Positions 53,892 through 62,070 of a DNA stretch of 64,000 nt are shown here, piece after piece (positions within the stretch are counted from its first letter, which is position 1; each line of letters starts with the position of its first letter). Position numbers and translations under genes: made by a program. A model generated the notes under the pieces. The model was given only the letters and a program-made list of their open reading frames with translations, had not been told where the DNA came from and did not search any database. The stretch is taken from IMG/VR virus record IMGVR_UViG_3300029305_009042; one strand, given 5' to 3'. Source of the DNA: an uncultured virus (IMG/VR IMGVR_UViG_3300029305_009042) (Duplodnaviria > Heunggongvirae > Uroviricota > Caudoviricetes).

Positions 53892-54563
53892 TCAGTATAC
53901 CTCAACAACGGGTGCCAGCTTATCTGAAGTTAAAAACCTTCTGGAAGCGACCAGAGTACCGTTCGGCTTGCGTATCTCCCAAATGCCCGTCTGCGGGTCC
54001 ATCGTAGAGCAGAAACCCGCCAGGACCATGGAACCGAGGGAATACGCTGCCGGTGTCAAAGCACCTACGTCTGTTATTAATAATGCCTCCGACAAAGATT
54101 CCACCGTCGGAATATCCCGCTTACAGGCAATGTCGTCTCCTGCGGGATAAGACGCCAGTTTAGTACTGACCCCTGTCACAGCCTCTGCAAGTGACTGCCC
54201 AGAGGACAGCGTGCGGGCATGTACTGCTTCCGCAGTGCGTGCAGGAAGCTCCGCACAGAGCGCCGTTATATCCGGTACCCTTTCCGTCTGCTCCTCAAAC
54301 GAAAGCGTAATCAGTGGAATCACAACGTCAACCGAAGCCGAAATGATAAGGCACACCGCCGTATCCTTCCATGTATACTCCGCAGGAAGTGTAAACGTAT
54401 ATACGCCCGAAGAAGAAAGTTCCTCCGGCACTACAGAGAGCGGCTCCAGACCGCCTCCCGCGGAATAGAATACGGTATGCTGCGCCGCGTCACCCGGCTT
54501 TCGCAAGCCGGTTGCCGCATCATACGCCTCGTAGAAAAGTATTGCTGCGCTGCCCTTTATCAT
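53892..54563 (-). CDS. Hypothetical protein (possible virion protein)
   Basis: 223-aa ORF in the minus-strand gene run. Confidence 0.65.
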   Translation of the reverse strand: MIKGSAAILFYEAYDAATGLRKPGDAAQHTVFYSAGGGLEPLSVVPEELSSSGVYTFTLPAEYTWKDTAVCLIISASVDVVIPLITLSFEEQTERVPDITALCAELPARTAEAVHARTLSSGQSLAEAVTGVSTKLASYPAGDDIACKRDIPTVESLSEALLITDVGALTPAAYSLGSMVLAGFCSTMDPQTGIWEIRKPNGTLVASRRFLTSDKLAPVVEVY

Positions 54564-54575
54564 ACACGTCTGACT

Positions 54576-55088
54576 TTAGTTGAGTAAGTTGGCCAACCCG
54601 GCATTAACGTTAGCCTCCTGCTCCGCTGGAAGGAGCCCCGTCGTTTTCGACAGCGCAGACTTCCCTTTAGCGCGCCGACTAAGCTCACGTGCGCCCAGAC
54701 CGAGTGTTGCCAAATCCAGAATCGGATCTTTATTGACCGCAAGTCCTCCTACAGCACCCCCGCCTAGGCTCCACAGCAACGGATGTTTAGCTCCAAACAG
54801 CTTGGCAAGACCATAGCCAGAAAGAGACCCCAGACCGACACCGCCAACTGTCGGAGCAGCAGCACCCGCATAGCCGCCTACCGTCTTAAAGAAACCGGGT
54901 CCCTTTTTACCGTCTTTCTTGTCGTCCTTCTTGTCACTTTTCGAATCCTCTTTCTTGTCCTCTTCTTCGGCCTGCTTCAGGAAGTAAGCATACTTCTCCA
55001 TGGCACGCTGCCGGCGGATACATTTCGCGGCGCTGGCGTACTTGTGCAATTTGATTCGGCTTGCAGCCTGTTTGATGTATGTAGTCAT
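54576..55088 (-). CDS. Putative head/cargo protein with K-x-A leader and glycine zipper
   Basis: AGGAG RBS; KQAASRIKLHKYASAAKCIRRQRAMEKYA leader; GGVGLGSLSGYG, GGGAVGG. Confidence 0.75.
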   Translation of the reverse strand: MTTYIKQAASRIKLHKYASAAKCIRRQRAMEKYAYFLKQAEEEDKKEDSKSDKKDDKKDGKKGPGFFKTVGGYAGAAAPTVGGVGLGSLSGYGLAKLFGAKHPLLWSLGGGAVGGLAVNKDPILDLATLGLGARELSRRAKGKSALSKTTGLLPAEQEANVNAGLANLLN

Positions 55089-55274
55089 GTTAGTCTCCTA
55101 AAAAAAAAGTAATCACTGGATACGCTGCCATCCGGCACTCTCCAGAGTCAGAACATCCCCTGGCGGGACCTGCTGTAATTCATTAGAGTTCGGCGGCTGC
55201 ATCAGTATTGCCCTCTCTTCTACATTGGCAACTGCGCCTGAAGCAGCTTCCTAGAGTGATATGTTATCAGGAAT

Positions 55275-55796
55275 CTACCCCAGGTCTGCGCCCCTCGCGG
55301 CATCCCACTTACGGGACCAGTCATACTGAGCGGCGATCGGCGGAGACTGCGGGTACCAGTTCAGGTTAGCAGTGTACGGTATATACAAACCACCAAGTCC
55401 CTCCTCATCTTCCGACGTAAACCACGGCGCAGCATAATTGCCGACAAAACCACCGGCCGCAGCACCAACCAGTCCGCCTAAAGGACCGAACTGAGAAGCA
55501 CCCAGCGCTCCGCCGATCCCGACACCCGCCAAAGTACCAATACCCGCCGGCGTCTTCGCCCAGTCAAGCCAGCTGGTGTCTCCCCCGGTATCCGAGTTCG
55601 GCACAACTGGCTCCGATGGCGGTCCCGCGGGCGTAGCCGCCGCAGTAGCCTCCCCGCTGGGTGCAGCAGCCTCGGTATCAGGTGTTGTCCCGCTTGCCCA
55701 TTTCACCTGCCTGCGCGTCCTACGGATAACCGCAGCCGCGTTCGCCAGCTTGATCAGGCGGACGTGTGCCTGCTTCTGCATCGTAAACTGACTCAT
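55275..55796 (-). CDS. Putative head/cargo protein with K-x-A leader and glycine zipper
   Basis: KQAHVRLIKLANAAAVIRRTRRQVKWAS leader; GIGTLAGVGIGGALG..GPLGGLVGAAAGGFVG. Confidence 0.75.
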   Translation of the reverse strand: MSQFTMQKQAHVRLIKLANAAAVIRRTRRQVKWASGTTPDTEAAAPSGEATAAATPAGPPSEPVVPNSDTGGDTSWLDWAKTPAGIGTLAGVGIGGALGASQFGPLGGLVGAAAGGFVGNYAAPWFTSEDEEGLGGLYIPYTANLNWYPQSPPIAAQYDWSRKWDAARGADLG

Positions 55797-55802
55797 CCCT
55801 AT

Positions 55803-58800
55803 TTACTCCATTACTCTTATTTTCTCATGCGGATCCAGATCGCCCCGGCGCCAGGCGGCGACGACATCGGCTGAATTTCGGAAGGTTCGGGTCGGCGTTC
55901 CGGGTCTGGGGCGTGTGGATTCGTAGAGTCCTATCAAATGTTCCTTGGTGATCTTCGGCATGACGGTAAAATCCGACGGCGAAAGGAGGTTTCTGGATGG
56001 AAGCATCCGTTCGATCGCTTCCTGCGCCGCTTCATCCGTAGACGGGACGTGAAAAACCATCGTATCGCCGTCATTATCCATCGCAGCGCCCGGATAAACA
56101 AATGGATTCACCCGGATGGCGTCCCCTTTGATCAATTTCGGCATTAGAGCCATGATCCCGAACTTGTGGAGCGTTGGAGCACGGTTTACAAGCACGGGAC
56201 GTGATGCCATGACCTTCTGAAGCATCTCACGGGCTGCCGGCGTGCGGTTTTCCACGTCATTGATCGCCTGAATGCCCGCTCTGCCGTGTCTGCGAAGCTC
56301 CCGGATCACAAACGGCTTGTAAGTATCCCATGCGATGTTCTCCGGAATGCCTACCGTATCCATATCGTAGTCCGGATTGGGCACCACGACGCCTCTTCCC
56401 GCCATATCGACCGGCGTTCCGAGCAAACGGGTCTGCATCATCGAATATTTCGGTCCGGAACCGAATATCGACTTCAAAAGTCCCTTCACTTCCTTCTGCT
56501 GAAGCTCCGAGGTAGTGGGTTCACCAAGCCCAGTTACCGCTTTGAATGAGTCGTAGACGTTCAAGCTCAGATCACCGGACTCTGCATCACCAAACACGCG
56601 CCTATTATACCTGTAAGCCTGATTTGCTTCAAATAGCTGTTTGTAGAGGTAGTTCGCATCCGCAACAAGCGGCATTTTTTTATCGCCCATCTGGGAAACC
56701 GGACGAAAATAGGGCGGAATGACCGGAACTTTCGTCAGGAACCAGTCTTTCGGCTCCTGTTTGAGTCTCTGAGCGGATTTAAGGTAGCCCAGCCGCTTGA
56801 CCGCAGCGTCCCGATACGTTTTTCTGCCCGATTTTATGTCATTTCTGGCTCGGATCAGCTCATTTTCGATATTCAGCGCCTTCGCAGCGGCGTAAAGCGC
56901 TTCCGGACCTGTCCCTGTGGATAATTTATGCTTCCCTGCCAGTGTATCGCGGAATTCTTTCTCTGTCAAACCGAGCATCAAGCGCAAAGGCTGCTCCATG
57001 ACAGGGTTCGGATACGGCTGATCGAGCTGAATGTACGACCACTGGTTCCCTGCGTGACCTCCGGTGGTCTTCGGATCAAAAAGTCCGCCCGGAAGTGCCT
57101 TCAAATTGTCATCCCAGGCGACTGTAGGCAGCGTCATGAGTCCCGTCCGCGGGTCTTTGACCCCTTTCAGCTCTCTATCGCCGGTCATCTGGTCCACATC
57201 CTTCGCGGTCAGCGCCATAATGTGGACTCTGGAGCCTTCCCGCTGCACGTGAATGCCGGAACCCTTCAAAAAATTCACGAACTTGTGGTAAACGTAAGGG
57301 ATCCGGGGTGTCGGCGGGTTGTATCCGGCGGTATACTGCCGCCAATAGTCCAGATTTTCCTGCCCTTTGACGTATTTCATGTCCGCGACGTTGCTCAGAG
57401 CACCGTGACTGAGCAGCGCGGAGAGTTCCAGCATCCCGATCTTCTTCGCGCCGTCATCTCCGCCCTTCGCAGGCTGAAGATCGTTGGTGTAGGAGCCTAT
57501 TCCGCGTCCCTGCGCCTTCGATTCCGCAGAGTGATGGAGCTTCATCATGTAGGTGTAGCCGTTAAGGACCTGCGGAATGACCCTCGGATGGTCCGGATCC
57601 GAGTCATCGATCATGTCTTCCACGTCTTTGATGCCGTATTTCTTCGCTTCCTCCGCCACAAAACGCGCAACATCCTCCGTACTGCCTCCAAAATCCTTCA
57701 GAGCATAGCGTTTGCCGGTCACTTTCGCTATTTTTCCGAGCAGAGTCTCCAAAACAAAGCCTGGATTCACGCGTCCAACGATCGCCAGAGGGGACATAAG
57801 CACCTCCGGCTTGCTTCCATCCGGCAAAGAAGGCAGTTCAGCATCCGGAACGATGGCGGAAACGACTCCCTTATTGCCGTACCGCCCGGAGATCTTATCC
57901 GCGACCTGCAGTTCCTGCCGGGATTTTACGATGACCTGCGCACCCTTGGCGTCCTGATAGACATCCGTCACGATCCCGTCGTCATGGTGCTCCCATTTCA
58001 CGGAAGAATCCCGCCAATGCGCCTTTCTTCCGAGCTTTCGCTGCGCCTCTGTCGGTTCGATCTTCGTGACGGCGAGGATAAGCGGATCGCCAGGACGCAC
58101 TACCGTGCCCGGCTTGATCAAACCATCCTCCGTAAAGTTCGCCGTCTGCTCTTTCGTGTACATTCCCGGCTTCATGGCAAGGAATTTCTGGGTATCGACT
58201 GTCGTGTCCGAGCCTCCGGCAAGCCGGTTCTTGTAGTAGTGCTCCGACGCCATCCGCTTCGCAAAGCTCTCGCTCACCACGATAGCATCTTCAAAGTTCA
58301 GTCCCTGATACGGCAGGAACGCGATCCTGGCATTCATCCCGACAGCCATCGCACCCTTGTCGTCCGTGAAGTTGGAACGCGCGATCAGGTCCCCCGGCTT
58401 CAGGACCGTGCCGGGCTGGACTACCGCCTGCTGAGACAGTCCCGTCTTTCGGTTGAATACCAGATCCCGATAGAGTTCAATATCTTTGGTCTCTCCTGAC
58501 CTCGTGCGTACCGTCACCTTATCCGGACCCGCGTCAATGACCTGACACGGTTCCGTAGCTCGGATCGCCCCAAAGCGGGAGCCGTAGTGCTCCTCGTAGC
58601 TCTTGTCTTCCTCATCCGGCATCCCGGTCTGGACCAGCGGAGCCTCCGCGTTCTGAAGCGGAAGCGCCTGCGTCAGCATTCTGGCGGCCATCACGGCACG
58701 CTGCCCTTTTACGTTGGCAGTCATCGGCACCAGCCGCCCGGTAGCATGCTGCGCCGACTGCATATTCGGATAGGCAAAGTCGATCTCCGCCTTCGGAAGC

Positions 58801-60188
58801 ATCAGCATCCGTCCGGCCTTCACGCACGGAACGAAGTTATACGGCGACTGCATCGCTCCCGGAAACGCTACGGCATACTGCGCAATATCCGTAGCAGACC
58901 GCCACTGACTGTTTCCTTTCTTATCCAGAAGCCGTGTGTAGATCTGCCCGTCCTTTCCCTTGCGGACGTTTCCGGCAAGACGGGCATCCACACCGACTTT
59001 CAGCGATTCCGGCGTACGGATCGGGTCGATCAGTCCCATCTGGGAAGGATGCACGTTTCTGGCAGAAGCCGGGATCGCGTCCAGCGAAGCGATACCGCCC
59101 TCGCCAAGGCGCGTTACGCGGAACTGGTTATCGAACGTTTCGATCGGGTTGATCCCTTCGATAGGCATTCCCAGCCCCGTGCCGATAAGTACACTGTCCA
59201 CATTCGCGTCAAAAGCTCCCGCAGGTATCTTATCCAGTGCATTTCGCTGAGATGCCCGCCAGAGATACTGCCGCATCAGATTACCGGAAGAGCGTATTTT
59301 ATCCGCGATGAGATCCTCCGGACCAAACAGACGCTGAAAAGCCATGTCGTCGCGGGAATCCGTATCCTGAAGCCCCTTGTTGATGCGCAGGAGCTTGGCG
59401 GTCGTATCCAGAATAACATCCGGATCTACGACCGAGTACGGCTTACCGAGCGTCACCTGCGAGACCTGCGGATCCAGCCCCATCTTTGCGAATGCCTGCT
59501 GAATGGCGAGCTTCTTCTCTTCCTGCGTCTGCGCCTCACCCTTGCCGTAAGTCAGTTTTTCGTAGAGCTTGTTGAGCGCTTTCGGATCGCGCTTGAATGT
59601 ATTTTGCCGGTAAAGCTCCTCGCCCCACGCCTTGCGCATTTTATCCTGCGGAGCACCGAGGATCTCCAGTGCATCGGCTACCGGAACAGAAGCCTGCCCC
59701 ATCTTGAGCTTGAAGATACCGGACGCCGGATCCAGATAGATCTTGTGCCCCAGCCCCCTGGAAACGTTCACATGCGCTTCCAGCTCACCGTTATCCAGCC
59801 AGCGGGTGTAGACCCCCGGCTTCAGACGCAGCTGGTGCGCCAGCGTGTAGTCATTCCCGCCGCGTACAAAGGTCCCCATATCTGTCATATACGGCACGTG
59901 CGCAATGACCGTACGGCGTTTGGCGACCTGCTGTCCGGTAGCGTTGTCTGTAAGCGTCCACGTTCCGGAGAGTTTTCGGGTCAGATAGGTCCCGTTCATC
60001 AGAGCCTTTTTATGCTCCGCCTTCGGGAAGACGTCCTTTCCCTGCCAGCGGACGTCCGTCAGCCCCAGTGTGTATCGGCTGTTGCTCACCGGCTCCAGCG
60101 AGGATGCCGCTTCCAATGCCTGATCCCAGATCGCCTGCCGGGTAGCTTCAATATCCCCGACTTCCCGAAAATCCTTCAAGTTATCCAT
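55803..60188 (-). CDS. Phage RNA polymerase: fused beta subunit + N-terminal half of beta'
   Basis: beta motifs RNVHPSQMGLIDPIRTPE, MLTQALPL, GLNFEDAIVVS, DKISGRYGNKG, YMMKLHH, QPAKGG; beta' motifs GGLFD, VPVIPPYFRP, VDMAGRGVVVP, VLVNRAPTLHK, MDNDGD.M. Confidence 0.95.
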   Translation of the reverse strand: MDNLKDFREVGDIEATRQAIWDQALEAASSLEPVSNSRYTLGLTDVRWQGKDVFPKAEHKKALMNGTYLTRKLSGTWTLTDNATGQQVAKRRTVIAHVPYMTDMGTFVRGGNDYTLAHQLRLKPGVYTRWLDNGELEAHVNVSRGLGHKIYLDPASGIFKLKMGQASVPVADALEILGAPQDKMRKAWGEELYRQNTFKRDPKALNKLYEKLTYGKGEAQTQEEKKLAIQQAFAKMGLDPQVSQVTLGKPYSVVDPDVILDTTAKLLRINKGLQDTDSRDDMAFQRLFGPEDLIADKIRSSGNLMRQYLWRASQRNALDKIPAGAFDANVDSVLIGTGLGMPIEGINPIETFDNQFRVTRLGEGGIASLDAIPASARNVHPSQMGLIDPIRTPESLKVGVDARLAGNVRKGKDGQIYTRLLDKKGNSQWRSATDIAQYAVAFPGAMQSPYNFVPCVKAGRMLMLPKAEIDFAYPNMQSAQHATGRLVPMTANVKGQRAVMAARMLTQALPLQNAEAPLVQTGMPDEEDKSYEEHYGSRFGAIRATEPCQVIDAGPDKVTVRTRSGETKDIELYRDLVFNRKTGLSQQAVVQPGTVLKPGDLIARSNFTDDKGAMAVGMNARIAFLPYQGLNFEDAIVVSESFAKRMASEHYYKNRLAGGSDTTVDTQKFLAMKPGMYTKEQTANFTEDGLIKPGTVVRPGDPLILAVTKIEPTEAQRKLGRKAHWRDSSVKWEHHDDGIVTDVYQDAKGAQVIVKSRQELQVADKISGRYGNKGVVSAIVPDAELPSLPDGSKPEVLMSPLAIVGRVNPGFVLETLLGKIAKVTGKRYALKDFGGSTEDVARFVAEEAKKYGIKDVEDMIDDSDPDHPRVIPQVLNGYTYMMKLHHSAESKAQGRGIGSYTNDLQPAKGGDDGAKKIGMLELSALLSHGALSNVADMKYVKGQENLDYWRQYTAGYNPPTPRIPYVYHKFVNFLKGSGIHVQREGSRVHIMALTAKDVDQMTGDRELKGVKDPRTGLMTLPTVAWDDNLKALPGGLFDPKTTGGHAGNQWSYIQLDQPYPNPVMEQPLRLMLGLTEKEFRDTLAGKHKLSTGTGPEALYAAAKALNIENELIRARNDIKSGRKTYRDAAVKRLGYLKSAQRLKQEPKDWFLTKVPVIPPYFRPVSQMGDKKMPLVADANYLYKQLFEANQAYRYNRRVFGDAESGDLSLNVYDSFKAVTGLGEPTTSELQQKEVKGLLKSIFGSGPKYSMMQTRLLGTPVDMAGRGVVVPNPDYDMDTVGIPENIAWDTYKPFVIRELRRHGRAGIQAINDVENRTPAAREMLQKVMASRPVLVNRAPTLHKFGIMALMPKLIKGDAIRVNPFVYPGAAMDNDGDTMVFHVPSTDEAAQEAIERMLPSRNLLSPSDFTVMPKITKEHLIGLYESTRPRPGTPTRTFRNSADVVAAWRRGDLDPHEKIRVME

Positions 60189-60693
60189 TCAGCTGTCCTT
60201 CGATCCTGTCCATGCCGTCTTTTGTGACCCGCCCCCATCTCATATCCCGGATCAATGCCTGCGTCTCCGCCAGAGAGCTGTCCCAGAGCTTCAGGTGATC
60301 CAGTATCCGCACCAGAGCGGAGAAGTAGGCTGTCCTCCGGTGTGTCTCCCGAAGATCCTGTCCCGGTACGGGACGCTCCGCGAAGGTTATTAATAACCGA
60401 ACGATCCGCCGCCGAAACTCCTCCTCCGAAAGCGATTCAGAGTCCATCGCCGGAAGATGATCCATTGCCCGGTAGATATGATAATACTTCCTGTCCTTCT
60501 CCGCGGTCACTGCCCAGGACGCGATCTCATGCACCCACGAGAATACCCGCGGAAACCGGTAGCCCGCCGCGTGAAGCACATCCGCCAGCGCATCGATAAA
60601 GGACGGATACCGGGACATCAGTTCCCCGCAGGTCCATTCCCCGGGAATGTCCCACAATAACTCCAGTGCCGATTTAAGCCTTTCATGATCCAT
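60181..60693 (-). CDS. Hypothetical protein coupled to the RNAP gene
   Basis: 170 aa, stop overlaps RNAP start; GAGGG RBS-like sequence. Confidence 0.65.
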   Translation of the reverse strand: MDHERLKSALELLWDIPGEWTCGELMSRYPSFIDALADVLHAAGYRFPRVFSWVHEIASWAVTAEKDRKYYHIYRAMDHLPAMDSESLSEEEFRRRIVRLLITFAERPVPGQDLRETHRRTAYFSALVRILDHLKLWDSSLAETQALIRDMRWGRVTKDGMDRIEGQLNG

Positions 60694-60955
60694 AAACTTC
60701 CCTCACAGAAGAAAAGTTTAACAAATTCCTGAAAAAATAACAAGAACTGTAACAGGACAGCGTTCTATCGAAACCCCTACGCCGCACTGCGTATGTTTAC
60801 CTGGATGTTTTTTATTTGCCTCATTCCTAACCTGCTCTCTGTCATCGGTTTCCTGCTCGAGTTACCCTTTGTGTGTTACTACTTTGCCAACAAAGACCGC
60901 CTTCCTCGTAAATAGCACACCCGAAAAAAAAGGGATCCTTTTCAGATCCCTTCTT

Positions 60956-61657
60956 TTATATACCGCGAATCTTGATTTGAAGTTCATCACAATGGATCTC
61001 TTCCGCCATATCGAACAGGTTATCCGGCGTGTAGATCGGCAATGTCTCAAAACCCGCCGCGACCGTCTCGATCCGGCGGAACTGCTGCCAGACCCAGTGG
61101 GTAATGCCGCGCTCTTTCAGAAGCACGCCCATTGCCTTCAAGTCTTCCGCCGTCTGGATCTGCGGATGGATCGTCGTGCGGACTTCCAGCTGGATGTTCG
61201 GGGCGGAGCACGCCAGATCCAGCGTCTCCAGCCACTTCTCCTGAAAATCCATTCCCAGCTCGCTCATCCGATCCGGAGCGGTCTTAAAGTCCAGCGACAG
61301 GTGGCTCAGCTCATCCAGCACCTTCCGCACGATCTCCGGTCTTGTTCCGTTCGTGTCCAACTTCGTGTCAAAATGCCGTGTCTTCGCGGCGGAGATCCAC
61401 TCCCCAAGATCTGGACACAATGTCGGTTCGCCTCCGGAAAAGACGATCATGTCCAGTAATCCCTTACGCCCGTTCAGGAACCGGATGTACTCATTAAACG
61501 ACACCTGCGGCTGACTGTCCGGATCCAGCACCAGCGCCGGATTGTGACAGAACGGGCACCGCAGATTGCAGCCTCCGAAAAAAAGAACTGCCGAGATCTT
61601 TCCCGGATAGTCTACCAGACTGCATTTCTCTAAGCCATGTAAATTCCCAACTCCCAT
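60956..61657 (-). CDS. nrdG: Anaerobic ribonucleotide reductase activating protein (radical SAM)
   Basis: SLVDYPGKISAVLFFGGCNLRCPFCHNP, FSGGEPT, KLDTNG, EVRTT. Confidence 0.9.
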   Translation of the reverse strand: MGVGNLHGLEKCSLVDYPGKISAVLFFGGCNLRCPFCHNPALVLDPDSQPQVSFNEYIRFLNGRKGLLDMIVFSGGEPTLCPDLGEWISAAKTRHFDTKLDTNGTRPEIVRKVLDELSHLSLDFKTAPDRMSELGMDFQEKWLETLDLACSAPNIQLEVRTTIHPQIQTAEDLKAMGVLLKERGITHWVWQQFRRIETVAAGFETLPIYTPDNLFDMAEEIHCDELQIKIRGI

Positions 61658-61792
61658 CTCATTCCCTTTCTGTAAAGTATCGTGTCTCCTTCTATGATAA
61701 AAGAAAAACCAAACCTGTAAAGAGTTCCAATAGGTAAAAAAAGAGAAACGCGGCGAGGGTCCCTACGACTCCTCACCACGGCTATGAACAGA

Positions 61793-61993
61793 CTACAGCT
61801 CTTCAGCCTGCTCGGCTGTCAACAGCTCCAGTGCGTCCCGCAGCCCCAACTCTTCGTCGAGGTCCAGCTGAGTCCACTTGAGGGAGACATAAAAATTCGC
61901 CAGCAACTCGGCGATTTTATCTTCCAACTCGTGAAACTGCTGACGCAGTGTCGACAGGGACCCATGGACCTTCAGAACGTCTTGTTCGTTCAT
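61793..61993 (-). CDS. Small acidic hypothetical protein
   Basis: AGGAG RBS, 66 aa, followed by hairpin and T-rich tract. Confidence 0.55.
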   Translation of the reverse strand: MNEQDVLKVHGSLSTLRQQFHELEDKIAELLANFYVSLKWTQLDLDEELGLRDALELLTAEQAEEL

Positions 61994-62070
61994 GTTTCTC
62001 TCCTGAAAAAAATAGAAAAACAAAAACTCCGTATTTATTACACCCCCGGAGGACTGGGGTCTCGCGAAGG

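Noticed and set aside
55803..60188. Cellular rpoB/rpoC locus
   Set aside because: Too short and divergent, no flanking ribosomal protein genes, and embedded among phage head-like genes; no gene symbol assigned.
56928..60227. Long plus-strand ORFs 56928..58499 and 58587..60227
   Set aside because: Antisense shadows of the RNAP gene with no recognisable motifs.
60956..61657. Orphan nrdG as a novel stand-alone radical SAM system
   Set aside because: nrdD may simply lie outside the window given the scattered gene order; cannot be judged here.
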